A stretch of 64,000 nt of DNA from a virus. Lineage: Duplodnaviria; Caudoviricetes. The stretch spans positions 63,633 to 127,632 of the IMG/VR virus record IMGVR_UViG_2693430034_000001; one strand, given 5' to 3'. Below, piece by piece: positions 38,031-48,482 of the stretch; the stretch's first letter is position 1; every line of letters starts with the position of its first letter. A program made the position numbers and the translations under genes. The notes beneath the pieces were generated by a model. That model was not told the origin of the DNA, did not search any database, and saw only the letters and a list, made by a program, of their open reading frames with translations.

Positions 38031-39011
38031 ATGCGCAGGAAACGGACTGGAAATATCGGAATGAGCGCCGAGGATAAGGCGTCTCGCATGAAGTCGATCG
38101 GTGGATCGGACGCCAAGATCATCATGTCTGGTGATCAGGAAGCTATCGAGCGGCTGTGGGCCGAGAAGCGCGGCGAATCCATTCCCGAGAACCTCGACGA
38201 CGTGATGATCGTCCAGCTCGGCAACCTGACCGAGCCGCTCAATGCCGACTTCTTCGAGCACGAGATGGATTGCGAAGTCACTGACGAGCAGAAGCGCATC
38301 TATTACCACGCCTGGGACAAGGCGCACTCGTCGCTCGACGGTCTGATGCGTAAGACGCCGGACTCCGAGCCGATCGCCGTGGTCGAGTTCAAATTCATGT
38401 TCCCATTCGGCTTCGACAAGCAGAAGGCGCTGGAGAAGTACTACGCTCAGTGCCAGCACAACATGATGGTGGCTGACCTGCCCATGTCGTACCTGTCGAT
38501 CATCACAGGCGCGGCTCAGCACGTCATCATCCCGGTTGAGCAGGATCTGTTCTACCAGATCGCCTTGCTGGAAGCTGAGAAAGACTTCCAGGATTGCGTC
38601 GAGACCGGCCGGACGCCTGGCGTTCCTGTGGTCGATGTGCCGCTGGTCGAGCGCATCAAGGTCATCGACATGAGCCAGAGCAACGAGTGGGGCATCCTCG
38701 CCTTCGATTTGCTCAGCACCAAGCCGTCCGTCGACAAGCACGACAAGGCGAAGAAGGCCCTCAAAAAGCTGTTCCCGCCGGACGCCAAGTCCGCCGCCGG
38801 CAAGGGCGTCACCATCAACCTGTCGTCGGATGGCAAGCAGCTGATCAAGTTCGACGCCAAGGCAATCGAGGAAGCGGTCGCGCAGGCCGCCAACATGCCG
38901 CCCCCGTCCGCCGAGGATGAAGCGGCAAAGAAAGCGGCAAAGCCGGCCCGCGGTACCCGCAAGAAAGCGGCCAATAGCAACGAGAAACCCGCCGCCGAAG
39001 AAGCGGCATAA
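38031..39011 (+). CDS. YqaJ/lambda-type exonuclease
   Basis: IGGSDA, G..TEP, SLDG, VEFK and YYAQCQH motifs. Confidence 0.88.
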   Translation: MRRKRTGNIGMSAEDKASRMKSIGGSDAKIIMSGDQEAIERLWAEKRGESIPENLDDVMIVQLGNLTEPLNADFFEHEMDCEVTDEQKRIYYHAWDKAHSSLDGLMRKTPDSEPIAVVEFKFMFPFGFDKQKALEKYYAQCQHNMMVADLPMSYLSIITGAAQHVIIPVEQDLFYQIALLEAEKDFQDCVETGRTPGVPVVDVPLVERIKVIDMSQSNEWGILAFDLLSTKPSVDKHDKAKKALKKLFPPDAKSAAGKGVTINLSSDGKQLIKFDAKAIEEAVAQAANMPPPSAEDEAAKKAAKPARGTRKKAANSNEKPAAEEAA

Positions 39012-39023
39012 ACGGAGACCAAC

Positions 39024-39785
39024 ATGGCAAAGCGGAACGACAATAGCGCGAGCAATCGCGCAAGGCTCGACAAGATCTACGACGTCTTCGACAAGCTGGG
39101 CGTCGACATCGACAAGGAAGCCATCTGGGAAGTCCAGGGCACTCCGGTCGTCAAGCACAAGGACGTCGAGCGCCTCGGTGCGAAGATGGGCATCAAGTGG
39201 GACAAGCCGCAGATCCTGCGCGCTGAGGCGTATGAAGCCGTCATGATCGTGTTCGGCAGCGTCGGCGACAAGATGGAATGGTCGGTCGGCGAAGCCAAGA
39301 TCATGGAGATGATCGACACCGGCAAGAACAACCAGTGGGGCAAGCCGATCCGTGCGCCGGCACCCGGCTGCTTTGGCAACTACATCGTCACCGGATCCCA
39401 GGCTGCCTACCCGTACGCCATGGCCGAGAAGCGCGCCAAGGATCGCGTGATCCTCAAGCTCGCTGATCTTCACGGCGATGCGTACTCGTCCGAGGAAGCC
39501 GACGATTTCCGCAATCCGCAGAATGCTGATCGTCAGGTTGAAGGCAAGTCGACGGCCAACAACGACAACGTCGATCCGTCCCAGCTGCTCGCTGACATCA
39601 AGGCCGACATTTCCAAGACCAAATCGGTCAAGGATCTGACCGACCTGATGAACAGCAAGGACATGAAGGACGACCTGAAGAAGCTGTCGAAGGACGAGGA
39701 AGGCGACGCCAAGGCCTTTGCCACCAGCCACCTCAAGGAGAACCTGGGATGGACGGCACCAGCCAAGGACAAGGCGGCCAGTTGA
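39024..39785 (+). CDS. putative single-strand annealing protein
   Basis: Directly follows the exonuclease, with a YPYAMAEKRAKDRVILKL..YSSEEAD motif. Confidence 0.55.
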   Translation: MAKRNDNSASNRARLDKIYDVFDKLGVDIDKEAIWEVQGTPVVKHKDVERLGAKMGIKWDKPQILRAEAYEAVMIVFGSVGDKMEWSVGEAKIMEMIDTGKNNQWGKPIRAPAPGCFGNYIVTGSQAAYPYAMAEKRAKDRVILKLADLHGDAYSSEEADDFRNPQNADRQVEGKSTANNDNVDPSQLLADIKADISKTKSVKDLTDLMNSKDMKDDLKKLSKDEEGDAKAFATSHLKENLGWTAPAKDKAAS

Positions 39786-40045
39786 CGCCGGCCGAAGCGT
39801 ACGTGGAGCTGGCGCTCTGGGGGATCAAAATCTCCCAAAGCGCCGGCCAACTGCGGCGGTGGTGGGACGACGAGCGAGCCCACCGCGAACAGTACGGTCT
39901 CTCCCAGGAACAGACGCATCAGCTTGTCTATTCCTGCCGAGAGCATCTTGAGCAGCTCGGCGAATACGAACGGGAGCGTCAGGAAGACGAGCCTGCTCCG
40001 AGGTCGAGATCGAAACCAAAGCAGCGGCGCGGCGCCGCAATCTGA
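39782..40045 (+). CDS. hypothetical protein
   Basis: Overlapping ORF with LRRWWDDE motif. Confidence 0.5.
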   Translation: MTPAEAYVELALWGIKISQSAGQLRRWWDDERAHREQYGLSQEQTHQLVYSCREHLEQLGEYERERQEDEPAPRSRSKPKQRRGAAI

Positions 40046-40051
40046 GGGTTT

Positions 40052-40570
40052 ATGGGCAAGGCCAGCAATAAATCGAAGAGCATGTGGATCCTGGTCAGAA
40101 AGATGTTTCTGCCGGGCGCCAGCCACCCCGTGCTGGTGCCGCATGCGGATTACGACATCGAGATGTTCGAGAGGTATCCGGAGAATGTTCCTCTCCGCAT
40201 CCAGCTCGCACAGCCCCGGAGCGGTCCGCGGCATCGCCTTTACCGGGTGATCCTGCGGATCGTGGTGGAGAACACCAACAAGTTCTCGACCGAGGATGCG
40301 CTGCACAAGTCGCTTCTCCTCGCATGCAACGTCACGGAACCGGTGCTCACGATGGAGGGTGAGTTCATCTACTACCCCTCCTCCACGGCGTTCGATGCGA
40401 TGCCGGAAGACGAGTTCAAGATCTACTTCGACACGGCGATGGAAATCATCGCCAGCGTCATCATCCCCGGGATCGATCTCGATCAGCTGATGAAGGAAGC
40501 CCGGGCCAAGTCGAACTACAAGGATGCCGCCAACGATAACGACGAGCGGCGAAACGAGGAAGCAGCATAA
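40052..40570 (+). CDS. DUF1367/NinB-like protein
   Basis: PRS..RHRLY and PSSTAFDAM.EDEF..YF motifs. Confidence 0.7.
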   Translation: MGKASNKSKSMWILVRKMFLPGASHPVLVPHADYDIEMFERYPENVPLRIQLAQPRSGPRHRLYRVILRIVVENTNKFSTEDALHKSLLLACNVTEPVLTMEGEFIYYPSSTAFDAMPEDEFKIYFDTAMEIIASVIIPGIDLDQLMKEARAKSNYKDAANDNDERRNEEAA

Positions 40571-41004
40571 TGGCAAACGTTGTTGAAGGTGAACCCAGGA
40601 AAAGTCAGGAATGGCTCGGATCGTACCTGGACGAAGACGGCGTCGTCGCCGATGTGGTCAAGCGTGTGTCGGCCGATCCCGTGGCGATCGAGCGCTGGCT
40701 AGATCCAGTGAGCTGGAAGGCGCCGTCATCGATACTGCGCCTGGGGCTGCCGTTCGCGGCTGCCAAGGCTCTCCGCGACGATCCAGAGCACGCCGGTTGC
40801 CTGTTGTTCGCCGGCATGTCGATCCGGAACTTCTACGGTCTGTGGCATGCGAGCAACCCGCACACCGCGTTCGGGACCGATGAAGATGTCCTGGTCGAGG
40901 ACGGCTTCGTCACCGACCCCCGGCATCCCGACAACCTGTCCGGACGGATCATCGATCGGGTCAAGGAAGAGTTGCGCAAGCTGATCCCGGCGAAAGCCGC
41001 ATGA
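40570..41004 (+). CDS. hypothetical protein
   Basis: G.SIRNFYGLW...HPDNLS motif. Confidence 0.7.
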   Translation: MANVVEGEPRKSQEWLGSYLDEDGVVADVVKRVSADPVAIERWLDPVSWKAPSSILRLGLPFAAAKALRDDPEHAGCLLFAGMSIRNFYGLWHASNPHTAFGTDEDVLVEDGFVTDPRHPDNLSGRIIDRVKEELRKLIPAKAA

Positions 41005-41140
41005 AGTTCTACACTCCAATCATATGCGGGGTGACGGGGTTCTGGGGTGGAGATTTCCACTGCCTGGCCCCGTCCCTCCAGTACGCCTTCCGCTTGCTGG
41101 AGAGGCGCATCGTTGCCGGCAAGATCAAGAGGAGACCTTA

Positions 41141-41419
41141 TTGAACCCCGCTCTCATGGCAACCTTGTGCGTCAACTCGCTGAACGCCGCCAAGAAGCTT
41201 GGTCTCCCGCATAAAGAGGCCGGCATCACCCTCGTACTGCCCAAGGGCTTCAAGCCTCCATCGAAATTCCCCCGGGGACGCCTCCTCCAGGTTAAGGAAG
41301 ACGGCACCCGAATCCGCTGGTTTCCAGCATTCACCCTGCTGGCCTGGCTCGTAGCCAACGACCTGATCAAACTCGCATCTGAAGGATCTGGATCTGATGA
41401 CTATCGCATTGAAGCTTGA
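41141..41419 (+). CDS. hypothetical protein
   Basis: GAGGAG RBS before TTG, with an FPRGRLL motif. Confidence 0.55.
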   Translation: MNPALMATLCVNSLNAAKKLGLPHKEAGITLVLPKGFKPPSKFPRGRLLQVKEDGTRIRWFPAFTLLAWLVANDLIKLASEGSGSDDYRIEA

Positions 41420-41942
41420 TGCCGGCGCCATCGATAAGCTGTTCTCCGACCAGGACAGCAAAGTCGAACTGCAGCAGGCCGTCGTTGCCGAGATCTGCCG
41501 TCGCCTGTTCACCAACTACATCAACAAGGACGTCCTGAAGGTCGTCGAGGCCGTGTTCGGCGGCGAGGCCAACTCCCTGATCGAGATGATCAAAGAGAAC
41601 GAGACTTTCAAGAAGCGCTTCGAGAAGGCATTCGAAGAAACCCTGGTCAAGGTCAAGAAAGAGGCTTGGAGCCGGGACACCTACACCCTGAAGCCCGAGG
41701 CCAAGAAGAAGCTGGAGGACGCTGTCCAGACGCAGGTCGACAGTCTGCTTAAGCAGCACGCCCTCCGCGGTGAGCAGCTCGTTAATGAGACCGTCGAGCG
41801 TATCTTTGGAGCCTTCGAGACCCAAGCAATGGACGTCATCGACCGCAAGCTGACCGCGAAGGTCAACGCCCTGTTCGACGGCGGTATCAGCGAAATGGTC
41901 GAGAGCCGAGTCGCAAAAGCCCTGAAGGTCGCCAAGGCATGA
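41397..41942 (+). CDS. helical hypothetical protein
   Basis: Strong codon bias. Confidence 0.75.
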   Translation: MTIALKLDAGAIDKLFSDQDSKVELQQAVVAEICRRLFTNYINKDVLKVVEAVFGGEANSLIEMIKENETFKKRFEKAFEETLVKVKKEAWSRDTYTLKPEAKKKLEDAVQTQVDSLLKQHALRGEQLVNETVERIFGAFETQAMDVIDRKLTAKVNALFDGGISEMVESRVAKALKVAKA

Positions 41943-42154
41943 AGGGCATCGTGGTGAACTCGTTCATTATCTCCGGTGAAGACGGCTCATGCATCAAGGG
42001 ATACCGCGATAACATGGGTGAACCGTTCCGATCCGGCGTGTCCCTGCGTATCTGCAGATCCGCCGACGACAACGGTGCCGGCGTCTTCGTCCAGGACCAC
42101 GAAATCGAGCAGCTCATTTCAGCACTTCGATCGATCCGGAAGCAACGGCAATGA
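41939..42154 (+). CDS. hypothetical protein
   Basis: ATGA-coupled ORF. Confidence 0.55.
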   Translation: MKGIVVNSFIISGEDGSCIKGYRDNMGEPFRSGVSLRICRSADDNGAGVFVQDHEIEQLISALRSIRKQRQ

Positions 42155-42420
42155 ACCCAAAGTACGCACCAAAGACTGGCGATGGCAGACGGGCTCGCGT
42201 GATCGAGGAGATCGGCGAAGTCCTCAAGGCATTCGGCAAATGGGATCGTTTCGGCAGCGGAAGCCGCCATCCGAATGGCGGTATGACCAACGCTGAAGAG
42301 GCCCTGTTCGAGCTGGAAGACCTGAAGGGCGCGATCGATGTGTACCTCCCTGATGTCAGGGCAATCGTGCATCGTGATGCGGCAATGGCAGCGAGCAACG
42401 ACAATGCCAAGAAGTCCTAG
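42151..42420 (+). CDS. small MazG-like helical protein
   Basis: IEEIGEV..A.GK..RFG...ELEDL pattern. Confidence 0.5.
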   Translation: MNPKYAPKTGDGRRARVIEEIGEVLKAFGKWDRFGSGSRHPNGGMTNAEEALFELEDLKGAIDVYLPDVRAIVHRDAAMAASNDNAKKS

Positions 42421-42421
42421 A

Positions 42422-42712
42422 ATGTCGCCGGCCCAGGTCCGGTTCCTGGACGAGCATGCCCCAGCTTATCTGGCGTGGTTGGATGCTGTTGGGCATTCGG
42501 TCGGCATCAAGATGGAGCCGTGGCAGAAGCGCACAGTCGAAGCCATGATCAAAAATGGCTTCCTCACCGAGGACGGTCACGTCACCAAGGATGGCAAGGA
42601 TCGCTGGCTCAGCATCATCAGCAAGCGCGACCGCGCACTGCCGCTGAAGCCTCGTATTTTGGATAATAGGGCGACGCTCATGATCGTGGACGATCCCGAA
42701 ACTATTGCTTGA
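42422..42712 (+). CDS. hypothetical protein
   Basis: ORF in operon. Confidence 0.55.
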   Translation: MSPAQVRFLDEHAPAYLAWLDAVGHSVGIKMEPWQKRTVEAMIKNGFLTEDGHVTKDGKDRWLSIISKRDRALPLKPRILDNRATLMIVDDPETIA

Positions 42713-42743
42713 CTGTTTGCTTGAATGCAAATAGGAAAAGCAA

Positions 42744-43244
42744 ATGTTCGCTGAGCTTCCCCTCGCCCCTCCGACCGGTTTCCGCAAGGCAATCCCGGAC
42801 CTGGTGAAGCTCAAGGTCGTGCTCAGACAGGACAGTCTGTGCGCCACCTGCCGCGAGCGGCTCGGGAAGCTGGAGGATACCCAGTTCGATCACGTCCCGG
42901 CATTGCAGCTGCGGTGCTGGGATCCAGAAGCGAAGAACACGATCCCGCCGGCTAACGATGTGGACTCGATCTTCGCAAAACACGTCGACTGCCACGCTGC
43001 CAAGACCTTCGGGTCAAAGGCATCCAAGCGCGGAGCCGATGTGACCGAGATTGCCAGAACCAAGCGGATTGCAAAGGACACCGAAGCTTTCCGTCAACGG
43101 ATGCTGGCGAAGGGTGACCCGGAAGCAGAGCCGCGTCCGGAACGCCCGAAGAAACAATGGCCGAAGAGGCCGTTTCAAAAAAGGGGCAAGGATGAAGGGC
43201 GTCGTTCGAGAGGTCAAGAAAGTAGCGGAACAGCTGAAGAGTGA
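42744..43244 (+). CDS. HNH-like endonuclease
   Basis: CATC, QFDHVP.L and H.DCH..KT motifs. Confidence 0.7.
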   Translation: MFAELPLAPPTGFRKAIPDLVKLKVVLRQDSLCATCRERLGKLEDTQFDHVPALQLRCWDPEAKNTIPPANDVDSIFAKHVDCHAAKTFGSKASKRGADVTEIARTKRIAKDTEAFRQRMLAKGDPEAEPRPERPKKQWPKRPFQKRGKDEGRRSRGQESSGTAEE

Positions 43245-43413
43245 CGGTGAGATCGAGGCATTCACCCTCGGTCACGACAAGAAGCACCACCTGATCGAGT
43301 TCAGAGTCCGCGGCAAGTGGATGTCGGTGCCATTCTCGGACACTCCCAGAAGTCCATACACCTCGAACTACGCGAAACAACAGATCCGGCGTCGCATCAG
43401 AGCGATGTCTTGA
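43192..43413 (+). CDS. HicA-like small protein
   Basis: KKHHLI...VPFSDTP...IRR pattern, 73 aa. Confidence 0.45.
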   Translation: MKGVVREVKKVAEQLKSDGEIEAFTLGHDKKHHLIEFRVRGKWMSVPFSDTPRSPYTSNYAKQQIRRRIRAMS

Positions 43414-43448
43414 TGTTTGCTTGAATGCAAAAAGGAGAAGGCAAGACT

Positions 43449-43790
43449 ATGGAAGTTAGATCGACCCAGGACGGCATCCTCAGGGCTTTCGCCATGCTGC
43501 TTCAGCAGCAGTCGCAGCCGCGCAATGTGAAGAAGAAGTTCGTGTACCGGCAGTTCGGCACCGCGGTGCATGCCTCTCGCCGTCTCACCAAGTCCGAAGG
43601 CGCCGCTGTCGACGCTCTCGTCGGCCAGCTCGAAGCGCTGGATCCTCGTGACGATGCCAACAATTCATCGATCGAGAGCCTCCTGAAAGAGCTGAGCAAG
43701 CAGCCGGTCAGGTTCGTTCCCATCAAGCTGGAACAACGCATCGATTACTCGAAACCCTACCCGTACCGCTCGACGAAGCGAGGCGGATGA
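43449..43790 (+). CDS. hypothetical protein
   Basis: RBS after an operator copy. Confidence 0.65.
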   Translation: MEVRSTQDGILRAFAMLLQQQSQPRNVKKKFVYRQFGTAVHASRRLTKSEGAAVDALVGQLEALDPRDDANNSSIESLLKELSKQPVRFVPIKLEQRIDYSKPYPYRSTKRGG

Positions 43791-44032
43791 TGGAGCCGCG
43801 GCGCCTCTCGAAGGCGCAGCGCGTATCCATCCCTGAGGGCGGGTTCTCGCTGCGCGGCGTTATCGACGGATGGTTCATCCACACTGCGAAGGTCGTGGAA
43901 GAACCTGAGCCGGACCTCTTCAAGACTGAGGTCGGCAGACTCTACCGCATCGATCACTGGAGCCCGCCCTCCAAGCCCACCTCAGAATACGAAAACATCC
44001 CGGCCGACTGGCCGGTGCCTCCAAAACAATAA
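43787..44032 (+). CDS. hypothetical protein
   Basis: ATGA-coupled ORF. Confidence 0.55.
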   Translation: MMEPRRLSKAQRVSIPEGGFSLRGVIDGWFIHTAKVVEEPEPDLFKTEVGRLYRIDHWSPPSKPTSEYENIPADWPVPPKQ

Positions 44033-44052
44033 GCAAAAGAGTTGCGAGCAGC

Positions 44053-47000
44053 ATGAGAATTGAGCGTCGATACACAGTGGATGGCAGCAAGTCCCCGTAC
44101 GATCTGATCGTATGGCGGAACGCGACCAGCGAGATCAAGAATCCCGATGGATCGATCGTTTTCCGCCTGGAAAACATCGAGGTGCCGGCGTCCTGGTCCC
44201 AGGTCGCTGTTGACGTCCTCGCCCAGAAATACTTCCGCAAAGCCGGCGTCCCCAAGCTGCTGGAGCGCGTGCCGGAAGATGGCGTTCCGACCTGGCTGCA
44301 ACGCTGCGTCGGCACCCCCTTCCCCATGGAAGAAGCCGACAACTATCTGACCAGCGAGACCTCGGCCAAGCAGGTGTTCGACCGCCTCGCCGGCTGCTGG
44401 ACCTATTGGGGCTGGAAGGAAGGCTACTTCAACGGCGAAACCGGGGTGTCTGGTTACGTCAACAAGGCAGCCTACCTGGCTGACAAGGAGTCCAACGCCC
44501 GGGCGTTTTTCGACGAGCTGCGCTACATGCTCGCCAACCAGATGTTCGCCCCCAACTCGCCGCAGTGGTTCAACACCGGCTTGCATTGGGCGTACGGCAT
44601 CGATGGTCCGGCCCAGGGCCACTGGTTCATCGACCAGTCCGAAGGAGCTGACGGCTACACCGCCATGCTCTCGACCTCGGCCTACGAGCGTCCGCAACCG
44701 CACGCCTGCTTCATCCAGTCGATCGGCGACAACCTGATCCAGGACGGCGGCATCATGGACCTGTGGCTCCGTGAGGCCCGTCTGTTCAAGTACGGCTCCG
44801 GCACCGGCACCAACTTCTCCAACCTGCGTGGTCGGGGCGAGAAGCTGTCGGGTGGCGGAACGTCTTCCGGTATGATGTCCTTCCTGAAGATCGGTGACCG
44901 CGCTGCCGGCGCCATCAAGTCGGGTGGCACCACGCGCCGCGCCGCCAAGATGGTCATCGTCGACGTCGATCATCCCGATGTCGAGGAATACATCGGCTGG
45001 AAGGTCGCGGAAGAGAAGAAGGTGGCAGCCCTGGTCGCCGGTTCGAAGGCTGCCAACAAGCACCTGATGGCCATCCATCAGCTGGCCGCGGAAGACGAGA
45101 TGTTCTCCGATGCCGAAAGCAAGGCGAAGCTGACAAAGGCCATCAAGGAAGCCCGCAAGGCTTTCCTTCCGGACAGCTACATCAAGCGCGTCATCGATCT
45201 CGGCGTGGCACATCAGCCCTTCGAGTTCCAGGTGATGGATATCGACTGGCAGGGTACTGCGTACGAGACCGTGTCGGGCCAGAACTCGAACAACACCGTG
45301 TCGGTGACCAACGACTTCATCGAGGCGGTTCAGCTCGACCTGGATTGGCAGTTGATCGGCCGCACCAACGGCGAGGTCATCAAGACGATCCGGGCTCGCG
45401 ATCTGTGGGATCAAATCTGCCGCGCCGCGTGGGAGTCGGCCGATCCCGGCCTGCATTTCCGCACCACGATGAACGAGTGGCACACCTGTCCGGCCGGCGG
45501 CGAGATCCGCGGATCGAACCCGTGCTCGGAATACATGTTCCTCGACGACACGGCGTGCAACCTGGCTTCGACCAACCTGGCGAAGTTCACATCCCGACAC
45601 GGCGACAATCCGCTGGTGTTCGAGGTGGAGAGCTTCAACCACGCCAACCGCCTGATCACCATCGTGCTGGAAATCTCGGTGGCCATGGCGCAGTTCCCGT
45701 CGATGGAAATTGCGCTCAAGTCCTACCAGTACCGCACACTGGGTCTCGGCTTCGCCAACATCGGCGGCATGCTCATGTCCATGGGTATCCCGTACGACTC
45801 GGCTGATGCCCGGGCTCTGGCTGGATCGATCTCGGCCATCATGACGGGTGTTGCCTACCGCACCTCCGCCGAGATGGCGAAGGAGATGGGGCCGTTCGTG
45901 AAATACCACGAAAACGCCAGCTCGATGATGCGGGTGATGCACAATCACTATGCCGCAGCAGAGAACGACGATACCGGGTACCGCGGTCTGACCGTCAAGC
46001 CGGTTGGCCTCGACTGGGATTGTCCGCAGGGAGAGTTGCCGGCCATCGCATCCGAGATCTGGGCTGACGTCGTCGACATGGGTGAGAAATACGGATTCCG
46101 TAACGCCCAGACGACGGTTATCGCTCCGACCGGAACGATCGGCTTGCTGATGGACTGCGACACGACCGGTGTTGAGCCGGATTACGCTCTGGTGAAGTTC
46201 AAGAAGTTGGCCGGCGGCGGCTACTTCAAGATCATCAACCAGTCGGTTCCGGCTGCCCTCAACGCCCTCGCCTACGATAAGCAGCAGATCGACGAAATCG
46301 TGGACTACGCCTTGGGAACGGGCGTGTTGCCGGCCAAGTTTGTGCTGGCTGGTCGTGCGGCTGGCATCGATGTCAGCATCGAGAAGGTCAAGTCGGTGTT
46401 CGATATCCGGTTCTTGGCAGACTGGAAGGCGTGCGGCTTTAGCGAGCCGGAGATCGAACAGGCCAACATCCGGGCTGTCGGCACGATGACGCTGGAAGGT
46501 GCTCCCCACCTGGATGTTGGCGACTACGCCGTGTTCGACTGCGCCAACCCGTGCGGAAAGACCGGCAAGCGGTTCATCGATCCGAAGGGTCACATCGAAA
46601 TGATGGCTGCGGTTCAGCCGTTCATCTCCGGTGCGATCAGCAAGACGGTCAACATGCCGTCGACCGCTTCGATCCTGGACGTCAGCAAGGCGTACATGAT
46701 GTCGTGGAAGCTGGGGCTGAAGGCCAACGCGATCTATCGCGATGGTTCGAAGCTGTCGCAGCCGCTCAACTCGGCCCTGATCGAAGACGATCATGACGAA
46801 CCCGACGTGGTTGAGGCTCCCAAGAGCGTGATCCAGGTGGTCGAGAAACTCGTCCGCAAGCGGGAGAAGCTGCCTTCGAAGCGGGTCGGTTACACCCAGA
46901 AGGCCATCGTCGGCGGTCACAAGGTCTACCTCCGCACCGGAGAGTATACCGATGGTCGCCTCGGTGAGTTCTTCATCGACATGCACAAGGAAGGCGCCGC

Positions 47001-47508
47001 TTTCCGGTCGATGATGAATGCCTTCGCCATCGCCATCAGCCTCGGCCTGCAGCACGGTGTGCCGCTGGAAGAGTTTGTTGACGCCTATACGTTCTTCCGT
47101 TTCGAGCCATCTGGCTTCGTCCAGGAGCACGACCGCATCAAGAACGCGACCTCGATCGTGGACTTCATATTCCGCGATCTGGCGATCAGCTACCTCGATC
47201 GCGATGACCTGGCTCACGTCACCCCCGAAGAAAGCGGGCACACCGCGATGGGGAGCGGCGTGGAGCCGGAGAAGCCGACCGTCAGTGTCTCGAACATCGT
47301 GATCAACGCGACGTCCGAGATGTCAGACGATCAGCTGGCCAAGGTTGTTGAAACGGTGAAGGCGTCCGCCCTCCCAGATCAACGGGCGGTCGCAAAGATG
47401 TCGGGCTTTACCGGCGACTGCTGCACCAACTGCTCAAGCTTCACGATGGTGCGTAACGGTACCTGCCTGAAGTGCGACACCTGCGGCGAGACCACCGGCT
47501 GCAGCTGA
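44053..47508 (+). CDS. nrdJ: class II (B12-dependent) ribonucleotide reductase
   Basis: [36 protein letters not shown] and GAISKTVN motifs, plus a C-terminal Cys-rich domain. Confidence 0.96.
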   Translation: MRIERRYTVDGSKSPYDLIVWRNATSEIKNPDGSIVFRLENIEVPASWSQVAVDVLAQKYFRKAGVPKLLERVPEDGVPTWLQRCVGTPFPMEEADNYLTSETSAKQVFDRLAGCWTYWGWKEGYFNGETGVSGYVNKAAYLADKESNARAFFDELRYMLANQMFAPNSPQWFNTGLHWAYGIDGPAQGHWFIDQSEGADGYTAMLSTSAYERPQPHACFIQSIGDNLIQDGGIMDLWLREARLFKYGSGTGTNFSNLRGRGEKLSGGGTSSGMMSFLKIGDRAAGAIKSGGTTRRAAKMVIVDVDHPDVEEYIGWKVAEEKKVAALVAGSKAANKHLMAIHQLAAEDEMFSDAESKAKLTKAIKEARKAFLPDSYIKRVIDLGVAHQPFEFQVMDIDWQGTAYETVSGQNSNNTVSVTNDFIEAVQLDLDWQLIGRTNGEVIKTIRARDLWDQICRAAWESADPGLHFRTTMNEWHTCPAGGEIRGSNPCSEYMFLDDTACNLASTNLAKFTSRHGDNPLVFEVESFNHANRLITIVLEISVAMAQFPSMEIALKSYQYRTLGLGFANIGGMLMSMGIPYDSADARALAGSISAIMTGVAYRTSAEMAKEMGPFVKYHENASSMMRVMHNHYAAAENDDTGYRGLTVKPVGLDWDCPQGELPAIASEIWADVVDMGEKYGFRNAQTTVIAPTGTIGLLMDCDTTGVEPDYALVKFKKLAGGGYFKIINQSVPAALNALAYDKQQIDEIVDYALGTGVLPAKFVLAGRAAGIDVSIEKVKSVFDIRFLADWKACGFSEPEIEQANIRAVGTMTLEGAPHLDVGDYAVFDCANPCGKTGKRFIDPKGHIEMMAAVQPFISGAISKTVNMPSTASILDVSKAYMMSWKLGLKANAIYRDGSKLSQPLNSALIEDDHDEPDVVEAPKSVIQVVEKLVRKREKLPSKRVGYTQKAIVGGHKVYLRTGEYTDGRLGEFFIDMHKEGAAFRSMMNAFAIAISLGLQHGVPLEEFVDAYTFFRFEPSGFVQEHDRIKNATSIVDFIFRDLAISYLDRDDLAHVTPEESGHTAMGSGVEPEKPTVSVSNIVINATSEMSDDQLAKVVETVKASALPDQRAVAKMSGFTGDCCTNCSSFTMVRNGTCLKCDTCGETTGCS

Positions 47509-47706
47509 TGCTCCTTCTCGTAGCAAAGCGTCACAAGCGACTTTGGATCATTGATCTGAATACGGATCAGGCGGTTTACACGCCGCCTGATTTCGTAGTT
47601 CTCCCGTCAAGGACTCCACTTCAACAGCTGGCGGCCGACCTCATGAGGATCGGACGCCGGGATATCAACCGGATCGCAACATTCGAATGGGAGTTCAGCA
47701 AGCGCA

Positions 47707-48036
47707 ATGTTGACCGAACTCGAAATTGTGGAGCGGTGCCTGTTGCTGTTCTCCAGGCCCGGGCGGTGGACGCAAAAGACCTGCGCACGGGATCGACAGG
47801 GTAAGCCGGTTCCAGTGTTCAGCCAGGAGGCTCGCGCCTTCGACATTGAGGGCGCGATCCGCCGGGCTGCCGGACAAGACGATCGAGGCGCGTATGCGCG
47901 CTTCGTCAAAATCATCAAAGGACAACTCGGCAAGCAGCCGTTCGATTGGAACGATCAGACTGGTCGAACCCAGAAGGAGGTTTGCCGCATGCTTGAGGAT
48001 CTCGCTGACGAGTTCCGATTTAAGGAGGTAGCATGA
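47707..48036 (+). CDS. DUF6197-like phage protein (paralog 3)
   Basis: PGRWTQ..ARD..G...GAI...WND..GRT..EV motif. Confidence 0.65.
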   Translation: MLTELEIVERCLLLFSRPGRWTQKTCARDRQGKPVPVFSQEARAFDIEGAIRRAAGQDDRGAYARFVKIIKGQLGKQPFDWNDQTGRTQKEVCRMLEDLADEFRFKEVA

Positions 48037-48446
48037 CTGCAGTAGCGAACGACAATTTCACGGCGTCCGACGTCGAGGAGCTGGAGAGATCGATCAACTC
48101 TCTGGTCCGCATCACCCACAAGATGGCCGCTCATTGGTGGATCGATCCGAAGACCGGAGAAGATCTGCGCAAGAACCCGCTCATGGTTCCGGTGAAGTTG
48201 GCGCTGGTACACGGAGAGGTGTCCGAGGCCCTGGAGGCTGACCGCACTGACGCGATGGACGACAAGCTTCCCCAATTTCCTGGCATCTGGGTCGAGCTGG
48301 TCGATGTTCTGTTCCGTGTCGGCGATCTGGCTGGTGCCATGAAATACGATCTTGGTCCTGTGGCTGTCGCAAAGGCGATGGTGAACGCGACCCGAGCGGA
48401 CCACAAGCTGGAGAACCGCGCCAAAGCGGGTGGAAAAAAGTACTAG
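48033..48446 (+). CDS. MazG-like nucleotide pyrophosphohydrolase
   Basis: LALVHGEVSEALEA...ELVDVLFR..DL...K..N..R motif. Confidence 0.8.
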   Translation: MTAVANDNFTASDVEELERSINSLVRITHKMAAHWWIDPKTGEDLRKNPLMVPVKLALVHGEVSEALEADRTDAMDDKLPQFPGIWVELVDVLFRVGDLAGAMKYDLGPVAVAKAMVNATRADHKLENRAKAGGKKY

Positions 48447-48482
48447 GAGAGCAAGATTACGCTTGCTTTTCTGTGCGCTTGA

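Noticed and set aside
43954-47241. Long minus-strand ORFs (1095 aa here, also 20401-22443, 37923-39731 and others)
   Set aside because: These are antisense shadows of GC-rich, codon-biased + strand genes and carry no recognisable motifs.
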